Shown here one piece after another: positions 49,967-58,287 of a DNA stretch of 64,000 nucleotides. Numbering within the stretch: position 1 is the stretch's first letter; the number at the start of each line of letters is the position of its first letter. A program made the translations under genes and the position numbers. This DNA comes from Bacteroidales bacterium (lineage in GTDB: Bacteria > Bacteroidota > Bacteroidia > Bacteroidales > UBA12077): assembly GCA_028282785.1 (NCBI GenBank), contig JANQHE010000037.1, forward strand, positions 206,856-270,855. Reading direction: 5' to 3'. The notes beneath the pieces are model-generated. The model did not search any database. It saw nothing but the letters and a program-made list of their open reading frames with translations, and had not been told where the DNA came from.

Positions 49967-51874
49967 TTATGTGCCCCACGATTTACCGCTCATCTCATTG
50001 TATATCACCACAGCACCACTAACAGGGCCATCAGATGAAACTTTTACATTATCTCCTTTTTGTGTTGGAACTTCAGTTAGTTCCGAATTACCACTCCAAA
50101 ATAAATCATTGGTATTTATTTGTCCTATCCGCGGAATCTCTATATTAACAACCTGTATTTGTGCTTTTGTCTTTAGAACCTTTTCAAAAGGAAGAAGTTT
50201 ATCTTCACTTTCTGTATTTACTCCTTTAAAATCTGTTTTTGAAAGCATTAATCCTGTATGAGCATTACCAAGGCTTGTTTTCGGATTTGAACTCACACTT
50301 TTATATCCAGGCTCATCTTCCAGCTGACCAATTTTGGAGAGAACAATCTTATCATCTTCTAACGTTCGCATGTTGTTCAACCCATCACAATTGAATACCC
50401 ATCCATCTGCTTTTGTAATAACGGCATTATTATATATTTTTGACCCGCATGAAGGAATAATCTGGAAATCGACTCCAAATTTGTCAAAAATTTCTTCCAA
50501 TAAATCTAAAGTAGCTAATTGTGGGGCTCCTTCGGGGAATAGTTTAGCTATAACAGCTGTATTTTTGCATAATTTTTTTGCCCCAACTAATATCTTTTTA
50601 TTCACCTGGTTAACATTATCCAGCCCTGATTCTATAGCAAATGAAAGATTTCCAATCTTAAATATGCCAATATTATCAACTTCAAATTTTGTTGGGTTTA
50701 GATCCTGTCCGTCTTTCCATCCTGATAACAACGGCGAACCATATGCTTTATCTTTTTTAATGCGGTCGAGCTTTTCATTATTTATCTCACCATTACTTTG
50801 TATTAACCTCCATGGATCAATATATTTTATCTCTTTATCGCCCGTTCCAATTGTTGAAATAACAAACTCCTCTGATTTTTTCTCAACATCCTGTAATTCT
50901 TTTTCAGATTCTGGCTCAAGATCTTCCAGCTTGTTATAAAAAGGCCTTATTATTATTTTTGTATTTTCTGTTGCTTCCGGGCCTCCTTCTATTGCAATAG
51001 TTGTACAATAAATATCTCTTTCTTTATTTGGATCTTGTTGTTTTTCCCATTGAAAAGCATATTCTTCAGGAAGCGCTTCAATAAGTTCCATGAGATCATT
51101 TCCCTTTGCTGTTGTTATCTTTTTTAATTCTGTATTTACCGTTTTTTGAGCTTTTAGTGCAGATGTATAAATAAATTTTTCCTTGCTCGTTTGATACATT
51201 TGCTTAATGTTATCCATTTCTCCTTTTACAATATTTTTTGCAACCTCTTTTATAGTTGCTCCAATCTTGTCCGGGTCGATACTTGCACTTTCGAAATCTT
51301 TATCTTTTCCCTTAAATTCCTCTTCTAAATGTTTGCACAAAAAGGAATAATTAATGGCATCAACTACTGTAAAATTATTTTTATCTACTTTCTTTTCTAA
51401 AGTTGTTTCTGATGTATTATTTGGTTTGAAAAACGGTATATTAATACTTTCAACCTCTATGGTTTTAGTCTTGGCTGGCATTGCGTATACAATATTTGAT
51501 CCTAAAACCAAAACCCATTTACTCCATTTTTCATCACTCATGAATTTTTGTAAATCACTTAATAAACCTCCTGAATTATCGTTCCCAAAAAAACTTTCTA
51601 AAAAGTATCCGTTATTTTTTCCTTTAAAAAAGAATTCCGGAACCGTAAAAATTTTTACAGCGGAAGAATCAATATTACTGGCACTCGCAGCTTTATCAAG
51701 TGCGGCTTTTAGTAACGATAGCCTGGCTTTATAATCCTTCTCTTCTACCTGAAATCTTGTTAACCCAGGTATATCTACATCAACTCCAAGTGGGACCGGG
51801 TTACCATTTTCTTCTTTACCACCGGTATGGATTCCATAACCTATAAATTGTACTTCTTGAATTTTATTTTCCAT
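49967..51874 (-). CDS. Carbon-nitrogen-hydrolase (nitrilase-superfamily)-like protein, long paralog with Ser at the nucleophile position
   Basis: Glu motif KIFTVPEFFFKG, preceded by RLSLLKAALDKA as in the paralogs. Where the paralogs have EIC(L/K)D, this protein has FAIESGLDN. 635 aa with no signal peptide. Confidence 0.45.
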   Translation of the reverse strand: MENKIQEVQFIGYGIHTGGKEENGNPVPLGVDVDIPGLTRFQVEEKDYKARLSLLKAALDKAASASNIDSSAVKIFTVPEFFFKGKNNGYFLESFFGNDNSGGLLSDLQKFMSDEKWSKWVLVLGSNIVYAMPAKTKTIEVESINIPFFKPNNTSETTLEKKVDKNNFTVVDAINYSFLCKHLEEEFKGKDKDFESASIDPDKIGATIKEVAKNIVKGEMDNIKQMYQTSKEKFIYTSALKAQKTVNTELKKITTAKGNDLMELIEALPEEYAFQWEKQQDPNKERDIYCTTIAIEGGPEATENTKIIIRPFYNKLEDLEPESEKELQDVEKKSEEFVISTIGTGDKEIKYIDPWRLIQSNGEINNEKLDRIKKDKAYGSPLLSGWKDGQDLNPTKFEVDNIGIFKIGNLSFAIESGLDNVNQVNKKILVGAKKLCKNTAVIAKLFPEGAPQLATLDLLEEIFDKFGVDFQIIPSCGSKIYNNAVITKADGWVFNCDGLNNMRTLEDDKIVLSKIGQLEDEPGYKSVSSNPKTSLGNAHTGLMLSKTDFKGVNTESEDKLLPFEKVLKTKAQIQVVNIEIPRIGQINTNDLFWSGNSELTEVPTQKGDNVKVSSDGPVSGAVVIYNEMSGKSWGT

Positions 51875-51903
51875 AATCTCATTTGTTTAATTAATACTTA
51901 TTT

Positions 51904-52461
51904 TTAAAAATCACTCTCCTCCAACAATGTATAAGTGAATAGCGATTGCCCAGAGTCTTTACAGATTTGCATAAAACGGTCAAAGTCATCAACTTTTTGA
52001 AATACCTGACATCCAGCCGACCATTTTTCAACTATCTGTGACTCGCTAGTAGGGTTACTGCGATGGATATTAATTCCAAACATGCCCTGATATATTTTTC
52101 CTTCCTTATCAATAATATTATCCTTGTTATTATCGCGCCATACTTTTAAATACGATTCTTGTTTAAGAGCTTCATATTTTCCCTGGTGTAACCCAATCTT
52201 ATGTGACCCTATGTATTGCCCCGGAACTAACACTGCTGTTCCATCCACACTTAAAGGATTATTTAGCCAATAAGTGCCGGGATCTGTGGTTATTGGGAAT
52301 ATCAACGGATCGTCGTCACCTTTTATAAGGTACAACCAATCGTCAAAGGAATTTGAAACATTGTTATTACTGCGAATTCCAATGATGTTAAGCTCATCAT
52401 CAAAAAATTTATATCCTTTTTTTGCGAGAACTTCTTTAATTTGATCGATAGTAAATTCCAT
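51904..52461 (-). CDS. YkuD-fold L,D-transpeptidase/carboxypeptidase-like protein
   Basis: GINIHRSNPTSESQIVEKWSAGCQVF has His and Cys 18 residues apart with an SxGC context, as in the H..(S/T)xGC(I/V)R signature of L,D-transpeptidases. 185 aa with no signal peptide. Confidence 0.45.
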   Translation of the reverse strand: MEFTIDQIKEVLAKKGYKFFDDELNIIGIRSNNNVSNSFDDWLYLIKGDDDPLIFPITTDPGTYWLNNPLSVDGTAVLVPGQYIGSHKIGLHQGKYEALKQESYLKVWRDNNKDNIIDKEGKIYQGMFGINIHRSNPTSESQIVEKWSAGCQVFQKVDDFDRFMQICKDSGQSLFTYTLLEESDF

Positions 52462-52509
52462 TTAAATTGTTTTAAGTTTGACAATTATTTTATTCAGTTT
52501 AAATTATAT

Positions 52510-52555
52510 ACCAAAAGTAGTTAGTAAGAATCGCTCTTAATAGTAATAATCGGAC
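52510..52555 (-). promoter_or_regulatory. Island promoter-like module a
   Basis: Minus strand: GTCCGATTATTACTATTAAGAGCGATTCTTACTAACTACTTTTGGT. No SD or micro-ORF follows. The main ATG lies 51 nt after the -7 box. Confidence 0.6.
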
Positions 52556-52844
52556 ACCCACGTTTTTAAGTAAATATTTATTGTTGAAACTTCTATTTTA
52601 GAAAGAGGTATTAACGCTGTATACCCGACACAATGATCAGAACAAACCATTTCACAATAAGTAAAAGACTAATTATAAACTTAAAAAAGAAAAGGGCCCC
52701 CAAGAACGGATACCCTTATAAAATCGAAGTTTTTTAGACCTATGAGAGGCTTTACTTTAACAGTTTTACTGTAGATTTAAAACCAGTTTTTTTAATACAA
52801 GAATGAATATTTTATCTGATTACAAATAAGTTGCACACTCATTT

Positions 52845-53774
52845 CTATTGTCCGATTGGAATAAATTTTAAGCTTTCTGCTTTGTCTTTATTGTTTGCAT
52901 TTTCATCTGCATTTTGGTTAATTACTTCAACAAACCATTTTCGTTTTAGCTTATTATTTTCAATCAACTGAATAGTATATTTATCAGCCAGAAGTTTAAT
53001 TATTTCTTGCCAGTCGAATCCTAAACCACCTCCAAGTGCCATTATTACTTCAGATTCCTTAAATTTTGCCCTATCTAAAACATCTTTTATTTTATCTATA
53101 AGAACCTGGTTTTCATGCAAACCAAAACCTTCATCAAACATGGGAGATAAATGTACGCCTATTACACCATCATTCTGAAGTTGTACTAAGCCGAGCCTGT
53201 TCTCCAATCGGTTAAAAGCAATGGCTTTCTTACTTTTACCACTTTCCCACTCACGAATAATTGGTATATCACCACATAATATTGATGTTTGATTTCCGGT
53301 ATACTCTATCTTCCGGTCGTACCACTTATTAAGCCTGCTTTGTGAATTTATAAAATCATCTACCTTTTTATAGTCCATTTCTTCCATTGTTGTATCTGTT
53401 TTTTCGTTTGTACTAGTTGTAATATTTTCCTCTTTAGGAGTTAATTCCTCTTTTGGCCGGGGTTTTACAACTTCTTTTTTGATAATCATTTCCTCCTTAT
53501 TAGTTTTTTGTTCCGAAGTTAATTGCTTTTTAATGTCATCAATTTCTGATGTAATTTTTTCTATTTTCTCTTTTAGAGAGCTTATTTCTGACATAAACGT
53601 TTCGTGAGCTTTATCTTTTTTTACCGTTTCTTTTTTAACTGTTTCTTCTTTTACCTTTGGTTCTGTTTTTGTTGTTACGGCTGGATTTGGTTCAACTTTA
53701 GTTTCGGCCTTCGTTTTCAGCTCATTTTTTTGAGCAGGTGTTCCTTTTTTAGTCTCTTCATCTTTTTTTTTCAT
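52845..53774 (-). CDS. Hypothetical protein with a Lys/Glu/Thr-rich disordered N-half and a globular C-half
   Basis: 309 aa. It is the last gene of the family-1/patatin transcription unit. No recognised motif. Confidence 0.45.
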   Translation of the reverse strand: MKKKDEETKKGTPAQKNELKTKAETKVEPNPAVTTKTEPKVKEETVKKETVKKDKAHETFMSEISSLKEKIEKITSEIDDIKKQLTSEQKTNKEEMIIKKEVVKPRPKEELTPKEENITTSTNEKTDTTMEEMDYKKVDDFINSQSRLNKWYDRKIEYTGNQTSILCGDIPIIREWESGKSKKAIAFNRLENRLGLVQLQNDGVIGVHLSPMFDEGFGLHENQVLIDKIKDVLDRAKFKESEVIMALGGGLGFDWQEIIKLLADKYTIQLIENNKLKRKWFVEVINQNADENANNKDKAESLKFIPIGQ

Positions 53775-53903
53775 AATATTTTAATATTAAATTTTACTCA
53801 GGTATTTTATAAGCATTGATGTATACATTTTATTTAATATTCTTCTTAAGCATCTCTTTCTTCAATGAAAACTTATCAAAGCTTCTAAATTTCATAACAA
53901 GAA

Positions 53904-55115
53904 CTATTCAATTATACTTTCATCTTTTTGTTCTATATATCTCAAGTAATTGATTCCTGCAAATTCTGCATAAGTTCCTCCATGAGTTAATATGCCACAT
54001 TCATCAATTCTATTTAAATACTCTTTTATATACGTTTCGGCTTCTATTAATTGCTCAATTGAAACTTCTCCTGTTAAAGTTTCAATTGCCTTTGCACTTT
54101 TTCCAGCAGCATTTACATTCAGGCCAATTAAAATATCACCTTTTAGTAATTGAAATCCGTATACTGAATCCCAATATACCTTATCAACATAACTCCTTGT
54201 ATTAAAAAGAGTTTCGATCAACATCCGGTCAAGATGCCCACAATTAATATATTTACCGTAATCTATTGCATCCAAGATTTTCTTGTTATCCAAACTTAGT
54301 ACCATCGAATTCTCGCCTTCTTCAACAAGTCCGGAATGAAATGGAAGGTTTAAATATAGCCCTCCATCGATACATGGAATGTCCTGACCTCCAATGTTAA
54401 TAATCTGGGCTGGCAACACTCCTGGGAAAGTTGCTGATGCTGACACAGCTTTTAATATTGGAACATCCATAGAAATCTCAGAAAATTCGGAATTCTTTTT
54501 TGACGTAAATATCTGGGGTACAATTTCATTCTCTAAAATCATGGTTACTGCAACAGAAATATGCCGTAGCCCAAATTCCTTGCATTTGTCCTCTCCCAGC
54601 TCATTCAGAAATTTGTTCCATTGGCCAAATGTTAGTTTCCTGATCTTACTTGTATTAAATTTTCCATACACCGGTTTCATTTCCTTTAAAAAGGTTTTAT
54701 TAGTTAGAACTGTATATAGTGCTTCTTCCAGAGGATGCTCCGTATGTACCGGTTTCTGCATAGTAAAAGGGGAGCCTATTAATTTACCGTATAACAAGGT
54801 GTTAATTGTATAACTTCCCATGGATTCCGGAGCAAAAGTATCTTCCTTGCGTTGTTTAATTACAGTTTTTAATGACATATTCGGATAGTCATAAATATTC
54901 TTGCTCGAATAACCGTACATTGATAACAAATGTTTAGGTTTACAACCAAAGCCTAATAATGATGCAAATAAAGCACCGCCACTTGTTCCTGAGGCATGTG
55001 TAAATTCCTGCAGTATTCCTCTTTTTTCTAATCCCAATGCAAATACAGGATAAAGAACAGATTTAGAACCGCCTCCACTGCAAAATAAATTTCTTAGTTT
55101 AAGTAATTTCTCCAT
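53904..55115 (-). CDS. Patatin-like phospholipase
   Basis: Oxyanion CSGGGSKS, nucleophile elbow GTSGG and catalytic Asp IDGGLYLNLP. No signal peptide. Confidence 0.8.
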   Translation of the reverse strand: MEKLLKLRNLFCSGGGSKSVLYPVFALGLEKRGILQEFTHASGTSGGALFASLLGFGCKPKHLLSMYGYSSKNIYDYPNMSLKTVIKQRKEDTFAPESMGSYTINTLLYGKLIGSPFTMQKPVHTEHPLEEALYTVLTNKTFLKEMKPVYGKFNTSKIRKLTFGQWNKFLNELGEDKCKEFGLRHISVAVTMILENEIVPQIFTSKKNSEFSEISMDVPILKAVSASATFPGVLPAQIINIGGQDIPCIDGGLYLNLPFHSGLVEEGENSMVLSLDNKKILDAIDYGKYINCGHLDRMLIETLFNTRSYVDKVYWDSVYGFQLLKGDILIGLNVNAAGKSAKAIETLTGEVSIEQLIEAETYIKEYLNRIDECGILTHGGTYAEFAGINYLRYIEQKDESIIE

Positions 55116-55233
55116 TTTTGTATTTATTTTAACCTGTTTAAGAAAGTTATCCTTCGCTGCCTATAGTTAGAGCTACCAAACAACTTTAACTTTATTTTTC
55201 TTAAGTATTATCGCTTTTAAAAACATCATTGTA

Positions 55234-55254
55234 ATTATGGATCATCTCTAATCA
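55234..55254 (-). CDS. Intercistronic micro-ORF encoding MIRDDP*
   Basis: AAAGAGGATACT then ATG ATT AGA GAT GAT CCA TAA. It lies 29 nt after the stop of 55284..55775 and 119 nt before the patatin ATG. It shares ATGATTAGAG and the terminal Pro codon with the MIRAGP copies. Confidence 0.45.
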
Positions 55255-55283
55255 TAGTATCCTCTTTTATCTTTAATTCATTT

Positions 55284-55775
55284 TTACACTTTCACAGGTT
55301 CCATCGATTTGGCCATAATCTCGGTAAGTTTTTCCATTCCAGCTGCCTGTGGCTCTCGCTCGGCTATCATTTTAATATCGTATTTGGCCGTTGGATCTGA
55401 AGGCCTGCTACGTTTACTGGTAGCCTTAACTGTTTTTAACTCCGGGTCGTTGGGATTTACCTCAAGGCTAAGATCTACAGTTACTTGTTTCATAGTTAAA
55501 GCAGAAACGCTAACCAAGGATATAAGTGGTGCCTCTACTTCCTGCTCTACCTGTTCAACATCATCTTCTCCCTTTTTTATTAAACGATTAAAAAGAACTT
55601 TCAATACACTTGTCTTTCCGTTTTGCTCTCTTCCATCTTCATTACTATTTCCAAAAGCTAGATTTTTTACGGTTTCAATGTATTTATCGATCATTTTTGA
55701 TTGTACACTAAGCGCTGCTATAAACGGACTACTTAGCAATTTTACTATTTCAGAATCCTTTGTTTGCTTTTCCAT
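55284..55775 (-). CDS. Island family-1 protein (DUF2589-like), paralog 5
   Basis: LLSSPFIAALSVQSKMIDKYIETVKNLAF..APLISLVSVSALTMKQVTVDLSLEV..AKYDIKMIA..AAGMEKLTEIM. Confidence 0.55.
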   Translation of the reverse strand: MEKQTKDSEIVKLLSSPFIAALSVQSKMIDKYIETVKNLAFGNSNEDGREQNGKTSVLKVLFNRLIKKGEDDVEQVEQEVEAPLISLVSVSALTMKQVTVDLSLEVNPNDPELKTVKATSKRSRPSDPTAKYDIKMIAEREPQAAGMEKLTEIMAKSMEPVKV

Positions 55776-55890
55776 TGTTTGTTGTTTAAGTAAATTTGAT
55801 TTGAATTAATTTTAAAACCGTATAAATGGCTTATTGCTTATCATTTCATGACATTTCACATTTTATGGGTTGATAAGCTTAATAAGTTTT

Positions 55891-55988
55891 AAACCCGTTT
55901 GATGAATGTATCGATCATTATTACCAGTATATAAAATGGAAAACCTCCAATGGTTGTAATAGTCTTTTAGCATTCATCAAACCGGTTT
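55891..55988. repeat. 18-bp inverted repeat enclosing an orphan SD in the leader of 55284..55775
   Basis: AAACCCGTTTGATGAATG (55891..55908) and CATTCATCAAACCGGTTT (55971..55988) are complementary at 17/18 positions. The 62-nt loop contains GGAGGT (55948..55943, minus strand) with no ATG at the usual spacing. Confidence 0.5.
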
Positions 55989-56002
55989 AATAATTAACCT
56001 AT

Positions 56003-56048
56003 ATCAAAAGTAGTGGGTATTACGTTGTTTTAATAGTATATATCGGAC
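56003..56048 (-). promoter_or_regulatory. Island promoter-like module b
   Basis: Minus strand: GTCCGATATATACTATTAAAACAACGTAATACCCACTACTTTTGAT. Confidence 0.6.
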
Positions 56049-56276
56049 GTGAACAGAAGATTATTTTAGTCGGAAACCATAAACGCAAGTTGTAATACAT
56101 CTAAAAAAAGAAAGCGCAATTCCACCTGTCTGCTGACAGTATAAATTGCACTTAGCTTTTGGGGTTACTTTATATACTACTTTTGAAGGCTTAATTCTGT
56201 ATTCTTAAATTACATGTATTCCAGAATCAAAATTGTATTGGAACGGACAATATATTCGATACAGCCGGGGTTAATA

Positions 56277-56891
56277 TTACCGTTTTTCTAGAAAACCATC
56301 GCCTGAAATCTTGTAACCTTTATGTAACCATACTCCTAAATCTTCTAACCAAATGTGGTTATTTTTATCTATTATATCATAAACTTCTTTCCATGTTCCG
56401 TCGTCGCTATTAATATTTTTTCTTGGTTTGAATTCAACAAAACATTTTTCAAAATTTTCACAATCTATTTCCGGATATTTATTGAGTATTGGTACAATAT
56501 TATTATGTGCAAGCATTATTTTAGGGTAGTTTATTAGTATTTCTCTGAATTTCATTGCATTCTCCTTATTCCAAATTTTTAAATTATTGTATAGAAATCC
56601 ACTTAAAAAAAAAGGTGCATCATCCTTTGTTTCAGGTTCAGGTTTCCAATCTACAATTCTACTTGCAACTAAATCATTCTTTCCCCCAAAGTCTGTTCCT
56701 ATTATAGCACAGGTATCTGACATTATAATATCTCTAAAATTGTTATTCTTCCCCCAATTGTTAAGCCAATCCTCTGTTGGCTTGTCGCCCCAGTCTTTTT
56801 TTTCTTGTCCTTCGTAAAATTCTTTCCTTTTCGGGCCTTCTTCTTCTTTTTTATCTTCCATTTTATTTCTTTTTATTGGTTTTAATTGCAT
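56277..56891 (-). CDS. Hypothetical protein (204 aa, or 194 aa from the internal Met at 56861)
   Basis: The track start ATG at 56891 lies only 9 nt after the conserved leader hairpin, so MEDKKEEE at 56861 is the more likely start. No recognised motif. Confidence 0.45.
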   Translation of the reverse strand: MQLKPIKRNKMEDKKEEEGPKRKEFYEGQEKKDWGDKPTEDWLNNWGKNNNFRDIIMSDTCAIIGTDFGGKNDLVASRIVDWKPEPETKDDAPFFLSGFLYNNLKIWNKENAMKFREILINYPKIMLAHNNIVPILNKYPEIDCENFEKCFVEFKPRKNINSDDGTWKEVYDIIDKNNHIWLEDLGVWLHKGYKISGDGFLEKR

Positions 56892-56900
56892 CTTTAATAA

Positions 56901-56920
56901 AAGGTGCCTATCAACACCTT
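56901..56920 (-). promoter_or_regulatory. Conserved 5'-leader hairpin (attenuator/terminator-like), copy 2
   Basis: Minus-strand RNA is AAGGUG-UUGAUAGG-CACCUU followed by UUAUUAAAG. The flanks CTTcAAATAAGGTGTTG..CACCTTTTAttAAAG match copy 1. Confidence 0.45.
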
Positions 56921-57117
56921 ATTTGAAGAAATTATTCAAAAAATAATATAGTTGAATTTTATTTATCTTTTTTACCTGGTGTAACACAGTCAGCCGACAA
57001 GGCCGGTTTGTGATTCTCTATGAAACAACTTTTTATAATTTTACCACAAGCTTGCTTGCTGCAAGCAGGGTTTTATAAATAAAACTATTTTTTTGAACAC
57101 TCTCTAATAAATATCTT

Positions 57118-57138
57118 TTAAGGCCCTGCTCTTATCAT
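57118..57138 (-). CDS. SD-led micro-ORF encoding MIRAGP*
   Basis: GGAGGT at 57148..57143, a 4-nt spacer, then ATG ATA AGA GCA GGG CCT TAA. The ATG is 41 nt after the -7 box of module c. Confidence 0.6.
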   Translation of the reverse strand: MIRAGP

Positions 57139-57176
57139 AATAACCTCCTTCTTTAATTGGTTTAAAATTTACTTAC

Positions 57177-57222
57177 ATCAAAAGTAGTTTGTAATAAACC
57201 CCTATGATAGTATATACTGGAC
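57177..57222 (-). promoter_or_regulatory. Island promoter-like module c
   Basis: Minus strand: GTCCAGTATATACTATCATAGGGGTTTATTACAAACTACTTTTGAT. Confidence 0.6.
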
Positions 57223-57424
57223 ATGCTCTTTTTTTACTATTGTTCAATATTTGAAATCTTTTTAAGGTTAAAACGAAAGGTATCCTCTGCTTAACTTATA
57301 TTGTGATTATTTCTATCCTGAACCGGGTTTAATTGTGTATTATTACCAAAGATTAAGGATTCTTGCAGCTATACTTTTTATTATTTGATAAAGAACGGAT
57401 AACATATCCGGCCCAACGGAGTAT

Positions 57425-57877
57425 TTATTCAGTGTCTATTTTAAAAAACAACATAACTTCATATTTGGTAGTTACACTTTCGGTTATAACACTCCACATT
57501 GCTCTTGCCGTTGGTTTTTTTTGTGCATCCTGAGGTTCTGTATATTTAGCACTTGGTACTTCTCTCCAGGTTGAGCCTGCCTTCTTAGCAAAGTGCATTT
57601 CATACGCCTTATAATCACTAATTTGTTTATCTCTTTTACCCAAACACAAAATAATATTAAAATCTTCTTCTTCTTTATCACTTACATCAAACGATATTCC
57701 TTTCCCTTCGCACATTTCCTGCAATATTACTGCAATATCAGTTGCATAATGTTCTTTTTTTTGTGCCTGGTTGTTTTTTTTATAATATTCTTTCAGTTTT
57801 GTTTGAAGTGTTGTCAAGCTAAGTTTCTTGTTTATCGCATAATCAAAACAATTTAAATATTTCTTTTTTGCTTCCAT
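57425..57877 (-). CDS. Hypothetical protein (150 aa)
   Basis: The ATG lies 23 nt after the -7 box of module d, giving a short A-rich leader. No recognised motif. Confidence 0.5.
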   Translation of the reverse strand: MEAKKKYLNCFDYAINKKLSLTTLQTKLKEYYKKNNQAQKKEHYATDIAVILQEMCEGKGISFDVSDKEEEDFNIILCLGKRDKQISDYKAYEMHFAKKAGSTWREVPSAKYTEPQDAQKKPTARAMWSVITESVTTKYEVMLFFKIDTE

Positions 57878-57897
57878 TTTATTTTTTATTGATTTAG

Positions 57898-57943
57898 TTC
57901 AAAAGTAGCTGGTAATAAACCCCTATGATAGTATATATCGGAC
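57898..57943 (-). promoter_or_regulatory. Island promoter-like module d
   Basis: Minus strand: GTCCGATATATACTATCATAGGGGTTTATTACCAGCTACTTTTGAA. Confidence 0.6.
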
Positions 57944-57993
57944 ATATTCTTTCTTATTATCATCCATTGTTTGAAATCTCATTAAAGTAAAAA

Positions 57994-58058
57994 GAGGATG
58001 TCCAAAAAGTCAAAACCCAACGTCATTACTGACATCTTCGGGTCTTTTGAACACCTTC
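57994..58058. repeat. MITE-like palindromic element, short copy D (65 bp)
   Basis: GAGGATGTCCAAAAAGTC...GTCTTTTGAACACCTTC. It sits inside an intergenic repeat whose sister copy (57223..57424) is ~50 bp shorter at this point. Confidence 0.45.
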
Positions 58059-58287
58059 TTACTGGTATTGTGAGTATTTCTATCTTGAACCGGGCTTAAC
58101 TGTATATTACCAGAGACAAAAAATTCTTATATCCATGTTATTTGTCATTGATAAGGACCGGATAACATATCCGATCCAGCCGGAGATAATTCCATATTAT
58201 AATTAAAATAGAAAAGGTTATCTTTATAAATTAGATAACCTTTTTCTAATGCTTAATTTAAAATAATGCAATACCTTTTTATGATAA

